A stretch of DNA of 11,844 bases from Octopus sinensis (GCF_006345805.1 NW_021826793.1:1-11844); one strand, 5' to 3'. Counted from the stretch's first letter, positions 1 through 9,249 are shown. The notes: generated from the letters alone by a model not told the origin. Made by a program: numbers and translations.

Positions 1-715
1 CTTGTGGTTGTTATCTCAATGAACATACAGGATTACATGCAAAGAATTATGCAAGTCCACACGAAAGTAAAAGAAAATCAAGTTGCCATTTCTTTATGAT
101 TGTTAGCCGTGTTATACATCACATTCTTACATGGACGAATATATTTATAAATGCAATTAGTAACGGGTGTTTTAAATATTGCGAGCCAATAATTACTTTG
201 ACATAAAAAAAAACAATGGGTACAGCATAAAAGAAATAATTGCATGAAAACGTAGATTAGATCTGAAGTTAGAAGAAGACGTTTATTGCGTGCAATTTGA
301 TAAAAGAGATATACAATCAGATTCAGCAGTCGCCATAACAAGAACAATATACTTAAAGAGCCATTAATAGGGAGAATGTGTGAGACGAGAAAGAGCGATA
401 GAGGGAGAGAGATGTATGAGAAAAAGGGTAGGAGATTAGGGATAAACAAAGATGCCGTGTTGATGGGGCAGCCTACAGTCACATCAGGGAATGATTAGGG
501 AACAATCAGAAAATGAAGAACATTAAATCGAGTAATAGTAAAACTATAGTAAAATTAATAATAAATCTGTGAACGAGGTATAAACAGTAACTGCACGACA
601 ATGTGAGGTATACTTGCCATCACATATAGTAAAATTCTTATCTATAAAACTATCATTTACAGAACTAGTAAATGATTATAAAATGAAAGGTAAGACTGAG
701 AGAGCAAAGAATATT

Positions 716-774
716 TATGTATGTATGTATGTATGTATGTACACACAACTTCATATAATATATATATGTGTATA

Positions 775-847
<73 letters not shown>
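716..847. repeat. Compound (TATG)n/(TA)n microsatellite
   Basis: Direct reading of tandem TATG then TA units. Confidence 0.95.
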
Positions 848-860
848 GATCTATTCTATA

Positions 861-1080
861 TCGGAGTAAGCAAGTAAATGTGAAACAAGGTGGAATAAAG
901 AGTACTCAAATACCAGAGTTAGAGTAAGGACCAATGAAACAAATCCATTTTTAAAGGTGTATCCTTTCACTAGTTTTGAACATATCGTTATTTCTGTTCT
1001 ATTTTAACAAAACTGTCCGACGAATGGGAACGTGAAACTTTGAGTAACAGCTTTTGTTATATTTCTGCTGCTTTTAATAA
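861..1080. mobile_element. Remnant of a (TA)n-anchored repeat with a hammerhead-like motif, probably Penelope-like (PLE) derived
   Basis: 861-927 matches the reverse complement of 9387-9453 (59/67 by manual alignment). 1008-1080 matches the palindrome arm at 9305-9382 in the same orientation. Flanked by TA-rich repeats on both sides. Confidence 0.6.
1008..1056 (+). ncRNA. Degenerate minimal type I hammerhead ribozyme motif
   Basis: Stem I caaaactgt/acagcttttg; core CCGACGA (U4->C relative to CUGANGA); stem II atg-GGAA-cgt; GAAA; stem III ctt-t-gag; cleavage triplet GUA at 1044-1046. Confidence 0.6.
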
Positions 1081-1437
1081 TATATAATATTATATGATAT
1101 ATAATGTATAGTATTATATGATATAGCATATATTATGTAACATAATATCGTCAGGGTAAATATATATCATTAAGATTATGTACAAATGAAGATGAATATC
1201 CTATCTTATGATTTGTAATACCCCCAGGCAAAATGGATTGCTGCTCCCCGCCCGCTCTCTTTATGAGGTAGTGTGGTAGAAATAAACAACCATAAAATAG
1301 AGTAATTGATATCTGCCCTAATGTATTGTAGTAACGATGAATTATGTAACAGTGTTTGTTATTAAAAGAATGTATGTGATTATTCTTGCTGGATATGTAT
1401 TTTGAAGCTGTTGCACCGACATAAGGTATTCTTCATA

Positions 1438-1514
1438 TCTGTGTGTGTTTGTGTATTATGTATGTATGTATGAATGTATGTAAACTATATATTACACACT
1501 CACACACACACACA
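1438..1514. repeat. Compound (TG)/(TATG)/(CA) microsatellite
   Basis: Direct reading. Confidence 0.85.
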
Positions 1515-1560
1515 TAACATTAATCAACGATCAGAAATTAGGATTGAAGGGAAATGATAT

Positions 1561-1973
1561 TTCTCTACTACTCATGAGGGGCTAAACGCAGAGGGGACAA
1601 ACAAGGACAGACAAACGGATTAAGTCGATTATATCGACCCAAGTGTGTAACTGGCACCTATTTAATCGACCCCGAAAGGATGAAAGGCAAAGTCGACCTC
1701 GGCGGAATTTGAACTCAGAACGTAGCGGCAGACGAAATACCTATTTCTTTACTACCCACAAGGAGCTAAACACAGAGAGGACAAACAAGGAGAGACAAAC
1801 GGATTAAGTCGATTATATCGACCCTAGTGCGTAACTGGTACTTATTTAATCGACCCCGAAAGGATGAAAGGCAAAGTCAATCTCGGCGGAATTTGAACTC
1901 AAAAGGTAGCGGCAGACAAAATACGGCGAAGCATTCGCCCGACATGCTAACGTTTCTGCCAGCTCGCCGCCTT
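1561..1973 (-). mobile_element. Dimeric tRNA-derived SINE (full monomer 1973-1741 plus 5'-truncated monomer 1740-1561)
   Basis: The minus strand starts aaggcggcgagcTGGCAGAAACG (A box) and has GAGTTCAAATTCC (B box). Internal direct repeat of about 180 bp. Flanking direct repeat attgaagggaaatgatat (1543-1560) / atcgaaaggaaatgatat (1974-1991), 16/18, read as a TSD. Confidence 0.9.
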
Positions 1974-2394
1974 ATCGAAAGGAAATGATATGCCGTATAA
2001 TCAGAGAACCGAAAATATATTGAGAAGAACATTGCTTAACATTAAGCTCAACAAAACATGCACTTTTAAAGATTTATTCGAACAACTGACGAACCGTGTT
2101 AGTAATAGCACCGCCATTACATACACGTGTACTTTAGAATCGTAAGTAACACCGATTAAAATCATGCGGGAAGTAATTATTGAGGAAAATATTATTTATT
2201 GATTCTTAGTCAAGTGTTTCAGACTGAACTCCGCTGGGAGAACTAATTAGCTCAGAACAAAACCTAATCACACAGCATATTTCAAGCGTTTCTAGAACGA
2301 CGTTTTAGTGATATTAGTTCCGGTATTCTGTGCTCCGAGTTCAAATACCGCTGATCTGAAACATGCCTTTCAACATTCTCGTGTAGATAAATTA

Positions 2395-2397
<3 letters not shown>

Positions 2398-2458
<61 letters not shown>

Positions 2459-2473
2459 TCTCCCTCTCTCTCT
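2398..2473. repeat. (CT)n microsatellite
   Basis: Direct reading. Confidence 0.95.
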
Positions 2474-3105
2474 TTAGGAATCGGCGCGCACCGTTAGAAG
2501 TGTTGCAGGGGATTACTCTTCGATCTCCGGAAAATGCTAAGTGGTGGGTTCTTAACTTTATCATATTGACAACCTGCTGTGTTTCAGAAAGCTTGAAACA
2601 ACAGCCAAGCGTGCAGCACCACATGAAACAATAATAAAATTAATACCTTTATTAACACATACAATAAAATATACATTTAAAGCATAGGTGTTACACCATA
2701 GTAATGCTAGACGAGGCAAAGTTATATAAAACGTGGGCAATGGTTGAGGAAGTCATGCAATGACTGTATTAAAGAGTGACGCAATAGAGACACAGACATA
2801 CAAGATTTGATCTCAGAGACTAAAGAAGCAGATGAAATACTTCTAAGCATTGCGCCCGGCTTGCTATTCAATTCCGCCAGCTCGGAGCCGCAAATATACC
2901 TCTAATTTGAAGAAGTCATCTTTTCAGAGACACTTTCACGGGCTGCTGGTTTCTCTTCAAGAACACGGTAAGAGTACATGTGCCTGTACAATAATAATGA
3001 GACGCTTCTATTATAATTCAATAAATGAGTTATTTTGTCCATTGAAAAACTGGCAGACCTATTCATTGAAACCGTTCCAGATGAAAATATATATCGAATT
3101 CCACC

Positions 3106-3106
3106 T

Positions 3107-3169
<63 letters not shown>

Positions 3170-3195
3170 GAGACACACGCACGCATACGCACACA
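3106..3195. repeat. (CT)n-(CA)n compound microsatellite
   Basis: Direct reading. Confidence 0.95.
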
Positions 3196-3285
3196 TGTTT
3201 CCTATAAATTTTGTATAATATGCTTTGTATAACATAGGCAAAAGGTCTGCAATTTCTTGCCGGAGTTTAGTCGGTACCGTTAGAC

Positions 3286-3478
3286 TCTCTCTTTCTCCCT
3301 CCTTCTCTCTGTGTCCCTTTCTCTTTCTCTCTCGCTCTCTCACTCTCAATCTTCTTCTTCTTCTTCTTCTTCTTCTTCTTCTTCTTCTTCTTCTTCTTCT
3401 TCTTCTTCTTCTTCTCTTCTTCTTCTTCTTCTTCTTCTCTTCTTCTTCTTCTTCTCTCTCTCTCTCTCTCTCTCTTTC
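3286..3478. repeat. Polypyrimidine block: (CT)-rich, then (CTT)n 3351-3454, then (CT)n
   Basis: Direct reading; about 190 bp of almost pure pyrimidine on the + strand. Confidence 0.95.
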
Positions 3479-3702
3479 TATTTATAATATATTTATTGAT
3501 ATTTATAACACATTAAGTATTTAGACAAATGGTATACCGCGTGTTAAATAAAATTTACTATATTTAGCAAGGTGTGTGTGTATTTATACATATACATGTG
3601 CTGTTTCCAGTAAGATTACTTACAGGGTATACATATGCAAGTATGTCTGTCTGTCTGTATGTCTGTCTGTATGTATGTATGTCTGTATCCCAGGTATGTA
3701 AT

Positions 3703-3994
3703 AATCTTAGACACCAACCGCCTCTTTCGACTTGTGTCATATGTCACAAAACTTGTAAGACAATATATGGACTTAAAAGGAAAGGTTTTGTGAACCTTTT
3801 AAGCTTCACAAAACCTTTCCTTCAGCACCAGATTCCAAAGGGCAAAGATGTAGAAGAAACTTGAAGCAATATGTCATTTGTGTTTTAAACCCTGTCAGTC
3901 AGCAGCTGGTCTTAAAAGTCATCTAAGGGCTCATCAAGAGAGTGATTGTACTGTGTGATTGGGTGTGGTATGTATTGATGGGACGGCTATCATC
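3703..3994 (+). mobile_element. Decayed 3' end of an RTE-like LINE ORF with two C2H2-type zinc fingers
   Basis: Finger 1 CVICHKTCKTIYGLKR[45-nt insert]H from 3733. Finger 2 CHLCFKPCQSAAGLKSHLRAH at 3872-3934, one frame shifted, stop at 3956-3958. Ends in gatgggacggctatcatc. The GLxSHxRxH motif resembles RTE-clade C-termini, and there is no TGEKP linker as in host ZNF genes. Confidence 0.55.
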
Positions 3995-4210
3995 TGTTAA
4001 AAGGAAGCATTCTTCCACTTCCTAAAGACAAGACGTGCTTTTATCTGTCTCTTCTCAAAGCTCGTTTTTCCAGCGTTCACCACTTCACATTACAGCCCTC
4101 ACCCTTTGTTTTCACTGTTTTGTTCTCACTGTCTTGTTTTTGTTACCACTTTCACCCTCAGCAAAAAATAATTGTTAACACTAGCAATCTCAAATAAAGA
4201 AATTTATTTC

Positions 4211-4395
<185 letters not shown>

Positions 4396-4400
4396 GTAAA

Positions 4401-4560
4401 TTCTGATTTCAATTTCCACCGAGGTCGACAGACGAGACCTACAAAATAGGTACCAAGCTTTAAAAAAAAAGTAGTCGACTCGTTCGACTAAAAATCTCTT
4501 CGAGGCAATGCTCCGGCATGGCCGCAGTCTAATGACGGAAACAAATAAAAGATTGAGAAT
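4401..4560 (+). mobile_element. 5'-truncated SINE of the same head family with a distinct 3' end
   Basis: ttctgatttcaatttccaccgaggtcgac matches the B-box region of the other SINEs. The core is partly deleted. The tail gcatggccgcagtctaatgacggaaacaaataaaaga is unlike the other copies. Confidence 0.7.
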
Positions 4561-4585
4561 ATAAATGAAACGCCTTGTTAAATGG

Positions 4586-4645
4586 AAACGATGTTGGTCC
4601 CCCTTTGGCACCAATCACAGCTTTGATACTTTTCGGAATTGACTG
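4586..4645 (-). pseudogene. Tc1-family transposase C-terminal remnant
   Basis: The minus strand translates QSIPKSIKAVIGAKGGPTSF, resembling the Tc1 terminal motif SMPxRxxAVIxAKGGxTKY. No DD34E triad was found upstream. Confidence 0.5.
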
Positions 4646-4860
4646 CTACATTTTTTTCTATGGCTGTTCCATGGAATTACGAATAAATCTTCAATGGTGC
4701 ACTTAGCCATCCTATTTAGAGATTAATGCTCTGAAAGGTTTGGGCTTTTTACGCAAAGACACCATTTCATATTGTATAAATTCGATCTGGAAGCAAAGTA
4801 ATGAAAATATACCAGACATTTTTTCATCAATTCAACATATAATTATTTACTGCTGCTCTG

Positions 4861-5094
4861 AAGGCTACGAGCTAGAAGAATTGTTAACGCAGCGGACAAA
4901 ATGCTTAGCGGTATTTCGCCCGTCGCTACGTTCTACATTCAAATTCCAACGAGGTCGACTTTGACTTTCATCCTTTCAGAGTCGATAAAATTAAGTACCA
5001 GTTGAGCACCGGGGTTGTTGTAATTGACTTAACCTTTTCCACCGAAATTGCTGCCTTTGTGGCAAATTTTGAAACAATTATTATTATTATTATT
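4861..5094 (+). mobile_element. tRNA-derived SINE a with (ATT)n tail
   Basis: Degenerate head aaggctacgagctagaagaattg; core gtcgactttgactttcatcctttcagagtcgataaaattaagtacc; 3' end gaaattgctgcctttgtggcaaattttgaaaca(att)n. Confidence 0.85.
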
Positions 5095-5100
5095 GGTGTT

Positions 5101-5362
5101 AAGGTGGCGAGGCTGGCAGAATCGTTAGCACACCGGGCGAAATGCTTAGCGGAATTTTGACTGTCGCTATATTCTGAGTTCAAATTCTGCCGGGATCGAC
5201 TTTGTCTTTCATCGTTTCAGTGTCTATGAATTAAGTACCAGTGAAACACTGCGGTCGATGCAATCAACCAGTTCCCTAACCCCAAATTTCAGGCCTTGTG
5301 CTTATTGTAGAAAGGATTATCATTATTATTATTATTATTATTATTATATTATTATTTTATTA

Positions 5363-5397
<35 letters not shown>

Positions 5398-5422
5398 CAT
5401 TATTATTATTATTATTACTATT
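5101..5422 (+). mobile_element. tRNA-derived SINE b with long (ATT)n tail (5316-5422)
   Basis: A box TGGCAGAATCG, B box GAGTTCAAATTCT, shared core, and a distinct 3' end aaatttcaggccttgtgcttattgtagaaagg. Confidence 0.88.
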
Positions 5423-5648
5423 AAGCGGCGTGCTGGCAGAATCGTTAGCGCGGTGGAGGAAATGCTTAGCAGTATTTCACCTGTCGCTGTGTTTTGAGCA
5501 CAAATTCCAATGGGGTCGACTTTGCCTTTCATCTTTTCGGAGTCGATACATTAAGTACCAGTCTAACACTGGGGTCGACGTAATTGACTTGTCTCCTCCC
5601 AAAAAGTGGCTACCCGTGTGGCAAAATTTGAAACCATTATTTACTATT
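5423..5648 (+). mobile_element. tRNA-derived SINE c
   Basis: A box TGGCAGAATCG, shared core, 3' end like SINE a (gtggcaaaatttgaaaccatt). Possible 8-bp TSD ttactatt at 5415-5422 and 5641-5648. Confidence 0.85.
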
Positions 5649-6219
5649 AGTGTGCATTCCTATGATGGGACTTGTTATATTACTTAGCCGCCATTCTCTT
5701 CAATATATGAAGAATTCAAAGAATAAAAAAAGAGCGAAAGGTATATCCACACATATGAATAAATGCGTACTCATATACTTAGGTCTACACATACAAACGC
5801 AAATATGCATTTACATAAACATGTACCTGCGAACGACTATGTTGCTGTACAGTTGTGTACTTAGGTGTGTGTGCTTATGTGCGTTTCCATTGGTTTGTAT
5901 CACGAAACAAACACCAAAAACAAGTTTAGTCTCGACAAAAACACGTTTTCGCATCATGAATCTAATGTAATGAAAAACAACAACCTGATGAAATGTAATT
6001 ATTTTGTATAGCAGGATGCTGACGCCGCCATAGTTTCCTCATCATACCTTCATCAAACTAGTTCGGCGTTATAATAATATATTAGCTAGATGTCTAGCAG
6101 AACATTGATTAAATACATACACTAGGATTACGTAATACAATATAACAAAATATATTATTCCATAATTTGTTAGTGTTCTTAAGCAAAATATATTCCTACA
6201 TCATTTCTATGTTGTAGTA

Positions 6220-6226
6220 TATATAC

Positions 6227-6298
<72 letters not shown>
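6220..6298. repeat. (TACA)n/(TA)n microsatellite; empty site of the copy-B palindrome insertion
   Basis: Direct reading; same flanks as 9129-9474. Confidence 0.9.
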
Positions 6299-6300
<2 letters not shown>

Positions 6301-6480
6301 AGTAAATCTCAAAACGAAGAACAACAAACACAAAAACAACAACGAGAGGACGTGGTACATGTAATGTATTAGCAGACGCTCAGAGAAGGAAAGAAAGATG
6401 GTTTAACGTTTTCAGCAACGCTCTTCAGAAACAGAGGAAAAGAGAAAAGTCCAGTAGAAAGTAAGACCTTTTGTATGGTC
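6299..6480 (-). mobile_element. (TA)n-anchored repeat remnant with a hammerhead-like motif (6401-6432), probably PLE-derived
   Basis: Minus strand reads gttt-CTGAAGA-gcgttgct-GAAAACGTT-aaac, with a 4-bp stem I and palindromic AACGTT. Shares gtattag..gacgctc..gaagg and acgctcttca motifs with 11596-11735. The right boundary is approximate. Confidence 0.4.
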
Positions 6481-6575
6481 TAAAGTCTTTATCAATGTTT
6501 TGTAACTTGAAAGAGTAAGATTTCAAGTACATCTCTTTCGGAAATTTTTTGTACAGGAGAAAACGTTCTTAAGTT

Positions 6576-6729
6576 CCGAGGCTTAGCAAGAGTGAGGCAA
6601 GGTAGCCAGACTCCCAGGGCGTGTAATGTGAGGTGACATAATTTTTTTTCTGCTAATGCCTGTTAATTAACATGGAGGCGCCAGAAGTGTCTTAAACTCC
6701 CGGCGCTGATAACCCTTACTACGCCACAG
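6576..6729. mobile_element. 154-bp MITE-like element with imperfect 15-bp TIRs
   Basis: Left end ccgaggcttagcaag (6576-6590) versus reverse complement of right end cttactacgccacag (6715-6729): 11/15. Flanked by gtt on both sides. Confidence 0.4.
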
Positions 6730-6738
6730 GTTAAACGG

Positions 6739-6798
6739 AAACGATGTTGGTCCCCCTTTGGCACCAATCACAGCTTTGATACTTTTCGGAATTGACTG
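6739..6798 (-). pseudogene. Tc1 C-terminal remnant, duplicate
   Basis: Same translation as 4586-4645. Confidence 0.5.
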
Positions 6799-7013
6799 CT
6801 ACATTTTTTTCTATGGCTGTTCCATGGAATTACGAATAAATCTTCAATGGTGCACTTAGCCATCCTATTTAGAGATTAATGCTCTGAAAGGTTTGGGCTT
6901 TTCACGCAAAGACACCATTTCATATTGTATAAATTCGATCTGGAAGCAAAGTAACGTAAATACACCAGACATTTTTTCATCAATTCAACATATAATTATT
7001 TACTGCTGCTCTG

Positions 7014-7243
7014 AAGGCTACGAGCTAGAAGAATTGTTAACGCAGCGGACAAAATGCTTAGCGGTATTTCGCCCGTCGCTACGTTCTACATTCAAATTCC
7101 AACGAGGTCGACTCTGACTTTCATCCTTTCAGAGTCGATAAATTAAGTACCAGTTGAGCACCGAGGTTGTTGTAATTGACTTAACCTTTTCCACCGAAAT
7201 TGCTGCCCTTGTGGCAAATTTTGAAACAATTATTATTATTGTT
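7014..7243 (+). mobile_element. SINE a' (duplicate of 4861-5094)
   Basis: Colinear with copy A. Confidence 0.85.
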
Positions 7244-7249
7244 GGTGTT

Positions 7250-7490
7250 AAGGCGGCGAGGCTGGCAGAATCGTTAGCACACCGGGCGAAATGCTTAGCG
7301 GAATTTTGACTGTCGCTATATTCTGAGTTCAAATTCTGCCGGGATCGACTTTGTCTTTCATCGTTTCAGGGTCTATGAATTAAGTACCAGTGAAACACTG
7401 CGGTCGATGCAATCAACCAGTTCCCTAACCCCAAATTTCAGGCCTTGTACCTATTGTAGAAAGGATTATATTATATTATTATTATTATTA

Positions 7491-7542
<52 letters not shown>
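7250..7542 (+). mobile_element. SINE b' with (ATT)n tail 7465-7542
   Basis: Colinear with 5101-5422. Confidence 0.88.
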
Positions 7543-7545
<3 letters not shown>

Positions 7546-8310
7546 TAGTTCTATTTTTATAGCGTGCTTTCACTTCACTACCGAGCGCAGCTCTGTGTGC
7601 CTTGGGTATGTGCTTGGATTTGTTGTGATGCTCGGATGGTTATGTATGGAAAGTGTTATGCGTAGGATGTGTGCAGTGCCTAGTAGTGCAATTTTCTGTA
7701 TGTTATATGTGTTTGTAAGTCCTGGTGGTTTGGTTATGTATTTGTCTGAATATTTTTTTATCATGCCTAATGCACCTGCTATGATAGGAATTGTTTCTGT
7801 TTTCAGATTCCACATTCTAGTTACCTCTATTTCCAGGTCTTTGTATTTTGAGAGTTTCTCCATTCTTTTAGAGACACGTTGTCATCTGCCGGTATTGATA
7901 CATCAATTACAAAGCATTTTTTTCTTCATGATCTCTGACAACTATATCTGGTCTGTTGGCCTTAATTTCTCTATCTGTGTGTATCGGCATATCCAGAGTA
8001 TGGTGCTTTCTCGTTTTCTGTGACCTTTTCTGGTGTGTGCCTATACCATCTTTTTCTGTTGTTATTCCATAATGTTGGCATAGCTTCCAATGTATGTAGG
8101 TTCCAACTCTGTCTTGTCTGTGAATATATTCCTTTTTCGCCAGGACTGGGCAGCTAGAGATAATATGATTTATTGTTTCTTGTCCATCTCCACATATTCT
8201 GCAGTTACTTGTAATATTTCTTTTCATTACATGTTTTTGGTAATTTCTGGTGGGGAGGCTTTGGTCTTGTGCTGCAATTAAAAATCCCTCTGTTTCTGCT
8301 TTGAGTCCTG
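7543..8310 (-). mobile_element. 5'-truncated R4/Dong-clade non-LTR retrotransposon with a restriction-like endonuclease (RLE), inserted in (TAA)n
   Basis: Flanked by (ATT)n on both sides (7465-7542, 8311-8332) and absent from copy A. On the minus strand it ends ...ataaaaatagaactactg-(AAT)n. No RT domain is present because of the 5' truncation. Confidence 0.88.
7570..8310 (-). pseudogene. C-terminal part of the retrotransposon ORF: CCHC knuckle plus PD-(D/E)xK RLE domain
   Basis: GLKAETEGFLIAAQDQSL; CRICGDGQETINHIISSC (CX2CX8HX4C); RQD at the RHD/RHN position; NRPDIVV...CFVIDVSIP...EKLSKYKDL; GALG; TAHILR. Continuous after restoring five single bases. Confidence 0.85.
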
Positions 8311-8332
8311 TATTATTATTATTATTATTATT

Positions 8333-8559
8333 AAGGCGGCGAGCTCTCAGAATCATTAGCGCGTTGGAGTAAATGCTTAGCAGTATTTCACCTGTCGCTG
8401 TGTTTTGAGCACAAATTCCAATGGGGTCGACTTTGCCTTTCATCCTTTCGGAATCGATACATTAAGTACCAGTCTAACACTGGGGTCGACGTAATTGACT
8501 TGTCCCCTCCCAAAAAGTGGCTACCCGTGTGGCAAAATTTGAAACCATTATTTACTACT
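8333..8559 (+). mobile_element. SINE c' (duplicate of 5423-5648)
   Basis: Colinear with copy A; head aaggcggcgagctctcagaatc. Confidence 0.85.
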
Positions 8560-9128
8560 AGTGTGCATTCCTATAACGGGACTTGTTATATTACTTAGCC
8601 GCCATTCTCTTCAATATATGAAGAATTCAAAGAATAAAAAAAGAGCGAAAGGTATATCCACACATATGAATAAATGCGTACTCATATACTTAGGTCTACA
8701 CATACAAACGCAAATATGCATTTACATACACATGTACCTGCGAATGACTATGTTGCTGTACAGTTGTGTACTTAGGTGTGTGTGCTTATGTGCGTTTCCA
8801 TTGGTTTGTATCACGAAACAAACACCAAAAACAAGTTTAGTCTCGACATAAACACGTTTTCGCATCATGAATCTAATGTAATGAAAAACAACAACTTGAT
8901 GAAATGTAATTATTTTGTATAGCAGGATGCTGACGCCGCCATAATTTCCTCATCTTACTTTCACCAAACTAGTTCGGCGTTATAATAAGATATTAGCTAG
9001 ATGTCTAGCAGAACAATGATTAAATACATACGCTAGGATTACGTAATATAATATAACAATATATATTATTTCATAATTTGTTAGTGTTCTTAAGCAAAGT
9101 ATATCCCTCCATCATTTCTATGTTGTAG

Positions 9129-9163
9129 TATATATATACATACATACATACATACATACATAA

Positions 9164-9194
<31 letters not shown>

Positions 9195-9220
9195 ATAATA
9201 TATATATATATTATATATAT
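9129..9220. repeat. (TACA)n/(TA)n microsatellite
   Basis: Direct reading. Confidence 0.9.
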
Positions 9221-9249
9221 TACTTTATTTTAAGCATCAGAAAATTCAA

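Larger units (their letters stand above)
4577..6729 (+). repeat. Tandem segmental duplication, copy A (2153 bp)
   Basis: Colinear with 6730-9907 apart from two insertions in B. Starts with gttaaatggaaa. Confidence 0.95.

Noticed and set aside
78-482. 134-aa hydrophobic ORF on the minus strand
   Set aside because: No recognisable motif; hydrophobicity is expected from translating T-rich sequence.
1121-1156. CTGACGA followed by a hairpin on the minus strand
   Set aside because: No GAAA half-core; the hairpin is AT-only in TA-rich sequence.
1558-1920. CRISPR-like or satellite array
   Set aside because: Only two ~180-bp units, within a SINE; no repeat-spacer structure.
2086-2118. CTGACGA plus hairpin gtgtta-GTAA-tagcac
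   Set aside because: Not followed by GAAA or a cleavage triplet and stem I.
2308-3524. Several ORFs of 65-122 aa and a possible acceptor at 2476
   Set aside because: Mostly translations of CT, CA and CTT repeats; the unique parts match no family I recognise.
5650-5970. 106-aa ORF with a duplicate at 8561-8851
   Set aside because: No motifs; recurrence is explained by the duplication, and the stop position is not conserved.
6016-6075. Possible terminal exon DADAAIVSSSYLHQTSSAL* in both copies
   Set aside because: Too short; equal synonymous and non-synonymous differences between copies; no recognisable homology.
7595-8023. 142-aa plus-strand ORF
   Set aside because: Antisense shadow of the retrotransposon ORF.
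7907-8443. 178-aa ORF as a fused SINE-retrotransposon gene
   Set aside because: The N-terminus is read-through of antisense SINE c' and (AAT)n; no evidence of function.
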